Source: Corallococcus exiguus
GTDB taxonomy: Bacteria; Myxococcota; Myxococcia; Myxococcales; Myxococcaceae
Assembly (NCBI RefSeq): GCF_017302975.1
Contig: NZ_JAFIMT010000003.1
DNA: 64,000 bases
Strand: one strand, 5' to 3'
Shown: one piece after another, positions 36,148 through 45,490 of the stretch
How positions within the stretch are numbered: position 1 is the first letter of the stretch
Layout: each line of letters begins with the position of its first letter
Made by a program: the position numbers and the translations under genes
The notes under the pieces: generated by a model
Databases searched by the model: none
What the model saw: the letters and a program-made list of their open reading frames with translations, nothing else
What the model was told of the DNA's origin: nothing

Positions 36148-36659
36148 AACCGTGGGCGAGCTGTATCCCGTTGGCGCTGTGTTTCCTGGCCGCGTGCCAG
36201 CCGAGCACGCTGCACCTGAGCGTGAAGGCGCCGTCCGGGACGAACCAGGGTCGGCCGCTGTACATGCTGGTGCGCAAGGTGGACCCGAAGCAGTTCGCCG
36301 TGGAGTCCTACGGCGAGGTTTCCGCGCGCATCTTCCAACCGGACGCGGACGTGCTGCTGTCCGCGCTCATCTATCCGGGAACGCTGCAGCGCCTGAAGGT
36401 GCCGCTGCCGGACGCCGCCGCGCCGGTGGCGGTGTCGTTCCTGTTCACCGCGCCGGACGGCACCTGGCAGCAGTTCGTCAACACGCCCACGCCCGGCTCG
36501 CTGGACATCGAGCTGCTCGAAGGGCGCATCCGCACGGGAACGCAGCCCGCGGCGCCCAAGGAAGGCGACGACGCGGCGAAGCCGCCCGAGCCGCCCGCCG
36601 CCCCGAAGCCTCCACCCTCCTCTTCCGCCAAGGCCCCGGCCCTCCACGCCGAGAACTGA
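36144..36659 (+). CDS. tssJ: Small outer-membrane lipoprotein, probably TssJ, 171 aa
   Basis: Lipobox ...LAACQ. The size is right for TssJ. Its ATG overlaps the tssM stop as ATGA. A Pro-rich tail is present. Confidence 0.55.
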   Translation: MKPWASCIPLALCFLAACQPSTLHLSVKAPSGTNQGRPLYMLVRKVDPKQFAVESYGEVSARIFQPDADVLLSALIYPGTLQRLKVPLPDAAAPVAVSFLFTAPDGTWQQFVNTPTPGSLDIELLEGRIRTGTQPAAPKEGDDAAKPPEPPAAPKPPPSSSAKAPALHAEN

Positions 36660-36668
36660 GGTCGTCTC

Positions 36669-39600
36669 ATGCAACGCATCCTGTTCATCCTGACGGCTGC
36701 ACTGTGCGTCCTGACCGCCTGCGGTCCCGAGGCGGAGAAGGCACCGGAGTCCGGCACCGCCAAGAGCACCGTCGGCGCGGCGCTGAGACCCGAGGATCCC
36801 GCGGCGGCGCTCAGCGTGTCGGACACCCTCGTCAACTTCAACGACCAGGCCCCGTGCCAGACTCTGTCGGCGGAGAAATCCATCAAGCTGTTCAACACCA
36901 GCACCACGGAGCTCACGATTCACCGGGTGAGCGTCACCGGGGGTTTCACCTTCGAGGGCATTTTCGACACGTCGTCCAACAAATGCGACACCAACTGCCC
37001 CGTGCCGAACACGCCACTGAGCAGCACGAACGCAAAGACCTTGAAGATTGGATTCAAGCCGCTTCAGCCCGGGACCTTCCACGGCACGCTGACGCTGCAC
37101 ACGAACGATCCAGCCGCCCCGTCGATCGCCGTGACGCTGGATGGAAAGGCCCTGGGCCCACTGGTCGTCCTCGGCCAGACGTCCGTGGCGTTCGGTGCCC
37201 ATGAATTGGGTTCTTCGACACCGCGCAACGTCACGGTGATGAACCTGGGCAATACGAACTTCACGATGGAGCCTTCCGCCACCGCGCCCTTCAACGTGTC
37301 CGGCGCCACGGTGACCATCCCGCCCGCGAGTTCGACGACGCTCGCGGTGACCTTCACTCCCCTGACCGCTAACGACCTGGGCCCCGTCTCGGGCTCGCTC
37401 TTCCTGACGAGCGCGTCCGCCGTGTGCCCCGCCCCGCCAACCGCCATGCTCACCGGCGAGGGGCTGTCCCCCGCGAAGCTCTATGTGAGCAGCACCGCGC
37501 TGGCCTTCGAGGCCACGCCGGTGAACACCGACAGCGTCACCCAGGAGGTCATCGTCCGGAACGACGGCGACGGACTGCTCTCGGTGACCCAGGTGAAGCT
37601 GCCCGCCAACTCACCGTTCCGCGTCGACACCACGGGCCCCTTCAGCCTCGCGAAGGGCAGCACCCAACGTCTGGGGGTGACGTTCCGCCCGACGGTGACA
37701 GGCACCTGGAACCACACCCTCAGCCTCACCATCGCCGGAACCGACGTGCCCGCCGTCACGCTGGCTGGCGCGACTCCGGCGGTCATTCCCGCGAAGCTCG
37801 TCTTGAGCCGCACGACGATGGTCTTCCCGCAGACGCCGCTGAACACAGACAGCGTCCCCCAGGAGGTCACGCTCCGGAACGAAGGCGGCAGTGCGCTCAA
37901 CGTGACCCAACTGGCGTTGAGCCAGGGCTCCGCCTTCCGGGTGGATACATCGGCCCCCTTCAGCATCGCCCCGGGGGGGACGCAACGCCTGAATGTGACG
38001 TTCCGGCCGGGTGCGTCCGGGGCTGCCTCCGACACCCTGGTCATCAAGAGCAATGTCGCCGATCAGTCCCTGACGCTCTCAGGCACCACGCCATCCAGCC
38101 CGAAGCTCGTCTTGAGCCGCACCGCGATTGCCTTCGCGCAGACGCCCTTCAACACCGACAGCGCTCCCCAGGAGGTCACGGTCAAGAACGGCGGGGACAG
38201 CCTGCTCACGGTGACCGCCCTGACGCTGCCACAGGACTCACCCTTCCGGGTGGATACCTCGGGCCCCTTCAGCCTCGCGCCCGGAGATACCCAGCGCCTG
38301 CAGCTGATCTTCCACCCGACGCCGACGAGCGCCACGACCGGCAAGCTCACCTTCACCAGCAACGACACCGCCGCCCCCGAACTCAATCTCTCCGGCACCA
38401 CGACGCCGGGCAACGCCTGCCTGGGTATCGACCCCCTTTCGTTCGAATTCGCCGAACAGGAGGCAGGAGACGTGGGCAGTGAGCAGAAGAAGGTGACGGT
38501 GACCAACACGGGGTCGGTCCCGCTGACGGTGACGCCCACCGTGACGACGGGGAGCAGCGCCTATTCCGTGAGCCCCAGCACGGCGTTCACCCTGGCGCCA
38601 GGCCCGGCGGGACGTGAGCTCTTCATCACGTTCAACCCCGGCCCCAACGAGAGCGGTGCCGTGAATGGCGTGCTCACCTTCGGCACGTCGCCCACCACCT
38701 CCTGCGTGACCAGCGTTCCCCTCCATGGCACCGCGCGCAAGACCACGCTGGCGGTCAGCACGACCACCCTGGCCTTCGCTGTTTACACCGTCGGCGACCC
38801 GTACCCGACCCAGCAGGTGATCCTCTCGAACAGCACCAACTGGCCCATCAAGGTGTTCCCCGTGTCCCCCGGGGTCCTGACCCCGTTCACGATCTCCGGC
38901 ATTCCGGCGGAGGGCCTGACCGTCGCGAAGAACGGGGGTACCGCCGCGGTGACGGTGGCCTTCGCCGCGACCACCTCGGGTACCTATTCGAAGACGCTCC
39001 AACTCCAGACGGATGCCTCGCAGCCCGTGCCCCCCGTGGCACTCACCGGACAGGCGTTCGCCCCTGAGCTGTTCCTGGTCAACAATCCCCTGACGTTGCC
39101 CAACGTGGCGCCCGGCGGAGAGTCCACGGCCGATGCGACCTTGCGCAACACCGGCAACCAGGCCCTGTTCCTGTCGAAGGTCACCCCGGAAAGCGACGCC
39201 TTGTTCCAGGTCGTCGACTTCCTGCCCCAGACCGTGCAGCCAGGCGGAGAGACCAAGGTGAAGGTGCGCTTCCGTCCCCTGACCAGCACGGGTGACCTGG
39301 AGACGCGGCTGCGCTTCTTCACCACGAATGACCGGCAGCTGCCGCCCGTGCTCGTCGTGAAGGGCAACTCCAATGGTCCCAACGCCATCTTCACCGCGAC
39401 CGAGATCAACTTTGGTTACAAGCAGAACAAGCTCACCCACGCAGACATCAGCCTCAACGTGACCAACAGCAGCACCGCCTCCGAGCCCCTGAAGGTCACC
39501 GACATCCACATCGAGCCGTCCGGCACGGCGTTCTTCGTGGACAACGTCAACAGCTCCGAGCCCGTGCTCGAGAAGGGCGTGAAGCGCCCCCAGCCCTTCC

Positions 39601-42527
39601 GGGTGACCTTCAGTCCCATCATCGAGGACCTGAAGTACGAGGCCCGCCTGGAGATCACCTACCTGGGGACCACGAGCAATCTCAGGACGACGCGCAGCTT
39701 CCCACTCGTGGGGTTTGGCGCGGAGGCCAGATTCACCACGTCGAAGGCGGACTTGATTTTCACCGCCACGCAGCCGGGCAGCTCCAACATGCTTTCCCTG
39801 GACATCATCAACACAGGACATGTGGACGTTGATCTGGCGGAGGTGGCAGCCAACCTCGGGACGTTCAACATCGACGTCCTTGGTTGGCCCAACGCCATCG
39901 TTCCGGTGAATGGCACGCGCCAGATCGATGTCACGTTCGCTCCACAGCTCTCTGGCAACTACTCAGCCAATCTCTCACTCGCCACGAAGCCGCCTGCCAC
40001 GGCGGGCCTGGTCGTCAAGCTGTCCGGCGTTGCCGCCGTGGCACAGCTGCAGATGAACCCGACTCAGCTCGTTTTCAACGAAGTCCCCCGGCAAACCTCC
40101 AGCACCCAGACCGTCGTGCTGAAGAACATCGGCTCCGCCCCACTCGAAATCAAGAATGTGTCGACGGCGATCGGCCCCTTCAAGGCCATGCTGCAGAACA
40201 ACCCGCAGCTCCCCGTTTTCCTCCAGCGGAATGAGTCCGCCCTGCTCGACGTCACCTTCACTCCTGACGTCGCGCAGGATGTGACTGGAACCGTGCAGGT
40301 GCAGAGCAATTCGAGCGACAGCCAGATCCAGACCATCACGGTCTCGGGCCGGGGCACCATCCCCGTGTTGACGCTGCCCGGCGGCGCTCCCGAATTCGCG
40401 CCCCAGGCGCTCAATGTCGAAGGGGAATCAAAGAGGCTGGTGGTGAAGAACATCGGCAAGGCCCCGCTGGTGGTCTATGCCGTGGAGGTCCCGGACCAGT
40501 TCTGCCTGCGCGAGGACTCGCAGCAAACCACGGCTTGCCAATCCTCCCTGAGCCCCAACGTGCCCGGGCCCATCTTCACGGTGGCCCCCGGCCTCGAGCA
40601 TTACGTCTACATCTCGGCAAAGCCCACCCAACTCCTCACCATCGAGCGCAACCTGACCATCTCCAGCAACGCGGAGCCGTCAGGCACCATCGTGAAGCTG
40701 ATTGTGGATGGAGTGGGCGGCGTGAGCCTGTCGCCCTCCAATATCGACTTCGGGCGCGTGAACTTCGGCTCGTTCATGGAAAAGACGGTGACGGTGACCA
40801 ATACGGGCATCACCGACGCGAACATCTCCGTGACGCTCCCTCCGGGGAGTTCGGAGTTCTCCGTGCAGGAAACGCTGCCCAGGGTGCCCGCGAATGGCAG
40901 TGCCACCGTGAAGCTCCGGTTCACCCCCCAGGGAGCGACGGGCGGACTCAGGACGACCAAGGCCTCGGTGCGGGTGGAGGCATCCTCCCAGGCTCCGCTG
41001 GAGCTCGGCCTTCAGGGAATGGCCACGCTGGCAAGGCTCGCGGTGACGCGCAAGGACGCCCAGGCCTTCGACGGGTCCCTTGATTTTGGAGGCGTCCGGG
41101 TGAACACGACCTCGGAGGCCATCGTCCTGAGGCTGACCCATGCACTGCCGTCTGGCTCCGGGGGCGCAGGCACGGAATCGAGCACGCTCAAGGTGGAGGA
41201 CATCTCGCTGAACGCGGCGGATCCGACGTCGTTCATCCTGCAGAAGCCTTCGCTACCGCTGGTGCTGAACGCAGGAAACAGCATGGATGTGTCGGTCCAG
41301 TTCCGCCCGGGCACCCAGCAGCCCTACTCCGCGGAACTGCGCATCACCTCCGAAGACAGCCAGACGAGCACCATGCTCGTGCAGCTGAAGGGCCAGGGCC
41401 GGACGAATCAGCTCAGCCTGTCCACGCCCACCTTGGAGTTTGGCGCACGGGTGGCCGAGTCCTCCGCCTCGGCGATCCGTTCCGTGCGGCTCACCAACGA
41501 ATCGCTCCAGCCGTTGGTGGTGCGCGGGCTGGAAATCATTGGCGCGGCGGAGAACTCCGAGCCCTCGCACTTCAGCCTGGATTCGGCGCCCACGCTCCCC
41601 TTGACGCTGGCGGCCAAGGAATCGAGGGACATCTCCGTCAAGTTCGTCCCCCGTCCGGACGTCACGTCCAAGGCCAATCTCCTGGTGGTGACGAGCGACC
41701 TTGAGTCTCCGAACGCGCAGGTATCGTTGTCAGGCCGGGGGCTCTCCACGGTGTTCCGGGCGCTCAACCGCACGGTGGACTTCGGCACCGTGCGCCAGGC
41801 GGAGCCGGCGACGACCAAGGTGGTGCTCATCAACGACAGCACCCAGGAGCTGGTGGTGATGCCACCCAAGGTGGAGGGGCCCCAGGCCGCGAATTTCGTG
41901 GTGCTGTCTCCCATCCTGGGAGCGGAGGGCCGTGCCCTGCCGCAGGGTGACTCGCTGACGTTGGATTTGAAGTACGACACCACTCAGATTGGCGCGTCGA
42001 GGGCGACGCTGGTCGTGGGCACGAAGGACCAGGAGCGCGCGGCGCTGGTGGCCCTGTCGGGCATCTCGGTGGCCAGCTTCCTGACCATCGAGCCGTTCGA
42101 GTTGGATCTGGGCTGGGTGGACATTGGTGCCACCAGCACGGCGCGCACGGTGACGCTCACGAACCAGTCCGCGTCGCCGGCGAGGTTGAGCGTGGTGGAG
42201 AACACCAACCCGGCGTTCGTGATCGACGCGAGCGCCCTGGACGCGGAGCTGGCGCCGGGAGCCCAGACGACGGTGAGCGTCACCTTCCACGGAGAGGTGG
42301 GAGGCCCCGCGGAGGGAACGTTGAAGCTGCGCCTGCGAGGAGAGACGACGGCGGAGGCCTCGCTCACGCTGAAGGGCCAGGCCCGGACGCTGGGGGGCAC
42401 GGGCGGCGGCTGCGCCTGTGGAACCAGCGGAGATGGGGGCGCGGCGCTGGCCCTGTTGCTCCTGCTGGGCCTGGGGTTGGCGCGCCAGGGACGGCGGGCT
42501 CAGTCCCAGAAGGAGCGGGTGTCATGA
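36669..42527 (+). CDS. Giant cell-surface lipoprotein of 1952 aa. It has about 18 tandem Ig-like (choice-of-anchor-D/ASH-like) repeats and a C-terminal MYXO-CTERM sorting tag.
   Basis: N-terminal lipobox LTAC. Repeat units read F..V.VG....V.L.N.G...L.V..L.......F....P.....G....L.V.F.P. C-terminus is ...GGTGGGCACGTSGDGGAALALLLLLGLGLARQGRRAQ. Confidence 0.85.
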   Translation: MQRILFILTAALCVLTACGPEAEKAPESGTAKSTVGAALRPEDPAAALSVSDTLVNFNDQAPCQTLSAEKSIKLFNTSTTELTIHRVSVTGGFTFEGIFDTSSNKCDTNCPVPNTPLSSTNAKTLKIGFKPLQPGTFHGTLTLHTNDPAAPSIAVTLDGKALGPLVVLGQTSVAFGAHELGSSTPRNVTVMNLGNTNFTMEPSATAPFNVSGATVTIPPASSTTLAVTFTPLTANDLGPVSGSLFLTSASAVCPAPPTAMLTGEGLSPAKLYVSSTALAFEATPVNTDSVTQEVIVRNDGDGLLSVTQVKLPANSPFRVDTTGPFSLAKGSTQRLGVTFRPTVTGTWNHTLSLTIAGTDVPAVTLAGATPAVIPAKLVLSRTTMVFPQTPLNTDSVPQEVTLRNEGGSALNVTQLALSQGSAFRVDTSAPFSIAPGGTQRLNVTFRPGASGAASDTLVIKSNVADQSLTLSGTTPSSPKLVLSRTAIAFAQTPFNTDSAPQEVTVKNGGDSLLTVTALTLPQDSPFRVDTSGPFSLAPGDTQRLQLIFHPTPTSATTGKLTFTSNDTAAPELNLSGTTTPGNACLGIDPLSFEFAEQEAGDVGSEQKKVTVTNTGSVPLTVTPTVTTGSSAYSVSPSTAFTLAPGPAGRELFITFNPGPNESGAVNGVLTFGTSPTTSCVTSVPLHGTARKTTLAVSTTTLAFAVYTVGDPYPTQQVILSNSTNWPIKVFPVSPGVLTPFTISGIPAEGLTVAKNGGTAAVTVAFAATTSGTYSKTLQLQTDASQPVPPVALTGQAFAPELFLVNNPLTLPNVAPGGESTADATLRNTGNQALFLSKVTPESDALFQVVDFLPQTVQPGGETKVKVRFRPLTSTGDLETRLRFFTTNDRQLPPVLVVKGNSNGPNAIFTATEINFGYKQNKLTHADISLNVTNSSTASEPLKVTDIHIEPSGTAFFVDNVNSSEPVLEKGVKRPQPFRVTFSPIIEDLKYEARLEITYLGTTSNLRTTRSFPLVGFGAEARFTTSKADLIFTATQPGSSNMLSLDIINTGHVDVDLAEVAANLGTFNIDVLGWPNAIVPVNGTRQIDVTFAPQLSGNYSANLSLATKPPATAGLVVKLSGVAAVAQLQMNPTQLVFNEVPRQTSSTQTVVLKNIGSAPLEIKNVSTAIGPFKAMLQNNPQLPVFLQRNESALLDVTFTPDVAQDVTGTVQVQSNSSDSQIQTITVSGRGTIPVLTLPGGAPEFAPQALNVEGESKRLVVKNIGKAPLVVYAVEVPDQFCLREDSQQTTACQSSLSPNVPGPIFTVAPGLEHYVYISAKPTQLLTIERNLTISSNAEPSGTIVKLIVDGVGGVSLSPSNIDFGRVNFGSFMEKTVTVTNTGITDANISVTLPPGSSEFSVQETLPRVPANGSATVKLRFTPQGATGGLRTTKASVRVEASSQAPLELGLQGMATLARLAVTRKDAQAFDGSLDFGGVRVNTTSEAIVLRLTHALPSGSGGAGTESSTLKVEDISLNAADPTSFILQKPSLPLVLNAGNSMDVSVQFRPGTQQPYSAELRITSEDSQTSTMLVQLKGQGRTNQLSLSTPTLEFGARVAESSASAIRSVRLTNESLQPLVVRGLEIIGAAENSEPSHFSLDSAPTLPLTLAAKESRDISVKFVPRPDVTSKANLLVVTSDLESPNAQVSLSGRGLSTVFRALNRTVDFGTVRQAEPATTKVVLINDSTQELVVMPPKVEGPQAANFVVLSPILGAEGRALPQGDSLTLDLKYDTTQIGASRATLVVGTKDQERAALVALSGISVASFLTIEPFELDLGWVDIGATSTARTVTLTNQSASPARLSVVENTNPAFVIDASALDAELAPGAQTTVSVTFHGEVGGPAEGTLKLRLRGETTAEASLTLKGQARTLGGTGGGCACGTSGDGGAALALLLLLGLGLARQGRRAQSQKERVS
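37478..38400 (+). repeat. Three near-identical tandem DNA repeats with a period of about 305-315 bp, lying inside the giant surface-protein gene
   Basis: The units begin aagctctatgtgagcagcaccgcg (37478), aagctcgtcttgagccgcacgacg (37794) and aagctcgtcttgagccgcaccgcg (38101). Confidence 0.7.
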
Positions 42528-44284
42528 CCCAGCATGTCGTCAAGGCCGGAGAGTCGCTGTACAGCATCGCGGCGTCCTACCGGATCGCGGACTGGCGCGT
42601 CGTCTACAAAGACCCACGAAACGCCGCACTCCGGAAGACACGGCCCGATCCTGACCACATCAAACCGGGTGACAAGGTCTACATCCCGGAGTCCAACGTG
42701 TTGGCGGCGGCGTCCGGCTCGGGAGCGGCAAAGACAACCGCGTCTCCCTCCAATGCGCTTCGTATTGATTTGGACGCGCTACGTCGACAGACCCAGCACA
42801 TCCGCCAGGACAACACCCGGGTTGCCACGCGGCCCATCGTCATGCCCAAGGCTCCACCCGAGCCATGGGCCGAGGACTTCACGCCCGACCACGAGTTCTA
42901 CGAGTACCTGGCCCATGATTTCTCCTACTTGAACAACCAGGGCGGCGGCACGCAGGGTGGCGAGAGGTTCCTGTATCGCGCTGAAACGCCGGAGCTCTGG
43001 GCCATGCCCGAGCTGAAGTTCCCGGCGACCTATGCCGTCTCGACCAAACGCCCCTACTCCAAGAAGCCGGGCACACAGCCCCTGTACTACACCATCGTCC
43101 AGATGGAGGGCAGCGACCCCCATAACAAGACGCATGGCGTGTTCGCCTACTGGCTGCAGCCATCTCGTGGGAACCATCCCATCATCGCGGTCCGCGGCAC
43201 CGAGTTCGAGAAGGCACCTGATGCCGTCGCGGACATGGACCCCGCGGGGGTAGGCGCCGCTGCCTTCAAGCTGACCCGCGCGCTCTTCCAGACACTGCTG
43301 ACGCGCATTGGCAGGAAGGACATCGTTGTCGTCGGACACAGCCTGGGCGGCGCCATGGCGCAGCGGGTGGCGGTCGACTTCGGGGACTCGGTCCTCCAGG
43401 TGGTGACCTTCAACTCACCCGGCGTCGATAGAAAGACCGCGAACCGCCTCAAGGCGCCCAAGGGTCCGCAGGCGACTCACTATGTCACCCAGGGAGATGT
43501 CGTCTCACTCGCGGGCGAGACGTTGCTTGCAGGCACCGCCACCATCCTGGAGGGGGCCGCCACGGCGGAACTGCGGAGGCTTCTCAAGAATGGCTCTCTG
43601 CGCAAGGTGGATGATCTCCTCACTGACGTGCTGGGCATCCTCTTCATGATCGTCGTCAAGAAGGAGCTGTTCCCAGCGGTGATGAGGACCTCCAACATCA
43701 AGCAACTGCTCGCCGCGGTGGTAATCGCATATGCCGGAGGGAACGCCCAGGCCGCCCAAAGCGTGGGAGCGGCGCTTGGGGCTCTCCACAGCCAGCGATT
43801 GCTGGGCCCCAACGGGACCACCAAACGCACCCGGCTCACGGTAGGCCCCCAGTCATCCGCCCAGTCCAACGACAACATCCAAAGTTCCATCGTCGAGGAG
43901 ATGCGCAAGAAGCGCCTGGGGGTGCTCAACATCCCGGGACTCTACCGGTCGGTGATGAAGCAGATCGACGCGATCATGGGGGCTCCAGTCAAATCCTTCA
44001 TGAAAGAGGTTATGTCTTACGACTCTCCCCTGCCCAAACTCGCTCGCACACTCCTTCCTCCGCTTGTGACGCTGAAGGTCGCACTCGATGAAGTGGGGGG
44101 ACTGCAAGGCCTTGTCATCAAGTCGCTGCATCTTCCTCCTCCGAAGTTCGACGTGAAGATGCTCCAACCGGATCGGCTGACCATGGACCGCGACAACACC
44201 TACGTGGCGACGAGGCTCCCCCTCATCAACCAGGGGAGCCTGGGAAGAAGCTCGGCACAGCGCTCTTCACCAGGAGGTAGGTGA
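42524..44284 (+). CDS. Putative secreted effector with an N-terminal gpX-like LysM domain fused to a class-3 lipase (GHSLGG), Tle2-like, 586 aa
   Basis: The N-terminus is VVKAGESLYSIAASYRIADWRVVYKDPRNAA...IKPGDKVYIP. The lipase region is IVVVGHSLGGAMAQRVA. Its ATG overlaps the giant-protein stop as ATGA. Confidence 0.75.
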   Translation: MTQHVVKAGESLYSIAASYRIADWRVVYKDPRNAALRKTRPDPDHIKPGDKVYIPESNVLAAASGSGAAKTTASPSNALRIDLDALRRQTQHIRQDNTRVATRPIVMPKAPPEPWAEDFTPDHEFYEYLAHDFSYLNNQGGGTQGGERFLYRAETPELWAMPELKFPATYAVSTKRPYSKKPGTQPLYYTIVQMEGSDPHNKTHGVFAYWLQPSRGNHPIIAVRGTEFEKAPDAVADMDPAGVGAAAFKLTRALFQTLLTRIGRKDIVVVGHSLGGAMAQRVAVDFGDSVLQVVTFNSPGVDRKTANRLKAPKGPQATHYVTQGDVVSLAGETLLAGTATILEGAATAELRRLLKNGSLRKVDDLLTDVLGILFMIVVKKELFPAVMRTSNIKQLLAAVVIAYAGGNAQAAQSVGAALGALHSQRLLGPNGTTKRTRLTVGPQSSAQSNDNIQSSIVEEMRKKRLGVLNIPGLYRSVMKQIDAIMGAPVKSFMKEVMSYDSPLPKLARTLLPPLVTLKVALDEVGGLQGLVIKSLHLPPPKFDVKMLQPDRLTMDRDNTYVATRLPLINQGSLGRSSAQRSSPGGR

Positions 44285-45264
44285 TGGACTTCACGGAGCT
44301 CAAGATCGCCAGGGGCAGTGGCAACTTCCATGTGAATCAATTCCGGATCCACTTCAGCGTCCCCGGGCTCCAGGGCGATCCGCAGAAGCAACTCCCGGCG
44401 CTCGTGGCGGAGTTCACCAAGGACTTTCCCAAGTTCTTCAATGGGCTCGGAAAGAACATGCAGGAGAACCAGGCGAGCGTGGCCTGGTCGACCCGGCAGT
44501 TCGAGCGCACCCGGACGCTTCGCTTCCTGCTCGACGTCAAGCTCGCGGCACTGGGCATCAACCTGCCTGACTTCCACAGCGATTGGGTCCACGTCCTCTG
44601 GCAGGATCCCAACAAGGGGTTCGCCGCGCAGACGCTCAAGCGCAACTTCTCTGAGGGCATGGAGAAGCCCCTGTCGATCCTGCCGCTTTCGGCGCTCTCC
44701 GTCTTGATTCAATACAATGCGTACCACTTCCTCGCGGGCCGCCGGTCCTGGGTCTTCGGCCTCTTGCAGCCGGGGATGCCGGGATGGAACGCGGGAAGTC
44801 TCCAGGTCGGCAAGGTCGAAGGCGGCAAGTTCACGCCCTACAGTGGCGGCCCCACCCCCGTCTTCTACCTGGAGTCCTCGGCGGTCGAGCGATCCTCGCT
44901 GCTCCTGTTCAAGCTCATGGAGGTGGATCCCGGGATCTTCGTCGACATCCGCGAGACCATCATCTCCCTCTGGAGCAACCTGCTCGCGAACTACGTCCAC
45001 GCCAAGGGCTTCCGTCTGAACGTAGGCCACCCCAAGACCTACGGCACGGATGACGGTGCCTCCCTGTGGGCAACCCAACCTGAATGGCGGGGTGTGTATC
45101 GCCGGAAGGCGGAATTTGAAACGCCGCGGGAACTCAACGCGAAGAAGTGGGTCCAGTACCTGCTGGATCTCCATCCCGCATTGAAGAGCCAGCCGCTGAC
45201 GGAGACCGCGTTCAAGGGAATGGGCGGTCGTTCCGGAGGGGGTGGCGCCAGCGGCGGGTGGTGA
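44284..45264 (+). CDS. Hypothetical protein of 326 aa, translationally coupled to the lipase. It has no signal peptide.
   Basis: GGAGG lies 6 nt upstream. The 1-nt TGATG overlap suggests a partner protein, immunity protein or adaptor. Confidence 0.55.
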   Translation: MDFTELKIARGSGNFHVNQFRIHFSVPGLQGDPQKQLPALVAEFTKDFPKFFNGLGKNMQENQASVAWSTRQFERTRTLRFLLDVKLAALGINLPDFHSDWVHVLWQDPNKGFAAQTLKRNFSEGMEKPLSILPLSALSVLIQYNAYHFLAGRRSWVFGLLQPGMPGWNAGSLQVGKVEGGKFTPYSGGPTPVFYLESSAVERSSLLLFKLMEVDPGIFVDIRETIISLWSNLLANYVHAKGFRLNVGHPKTYGTDDGASLWATQPEWRGVYRRKAEFETPRELNAKKWVQYLLDLHPALKSQPLTETAFKGMGGRSGGGGASGGW

Positions 45265-45490
45265 GCCATCCGCGCTTCATCCGCGCGGACATTCGATTAC
45301 GAAGGCACTAACTCCGCACGGCAAATTGCAGATCTGTTCATCAAAAAAAGCCCCATGACCGTGCTTGCGGACATTTCAATGTCGCATCAAGTCCACGGAG
45401 CATCTGCCGTCAAATCAAAAAAACACTCACAGCCCTCACCCGCAGCAACTCAAGCCCAACCCACCAACCCCAATACTCGCAGACCACGTC

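Noticed and set aside
35493-39821. Minus-strand ORFs of 569 aa and 527 aa
   Set aside because: They are antisense to tssM, tssJ and the giant lipoprotein gene. They are low-complexity Arg/Gly-rich.
37478-42300. Possible CRISPR-like repeat array
   Set aside because: The repeats are about 300 bp long, in-frame and coding, and they are diverging Ig-like domain units. They are not short direct repeats with unique spacers. No cas genes are present.
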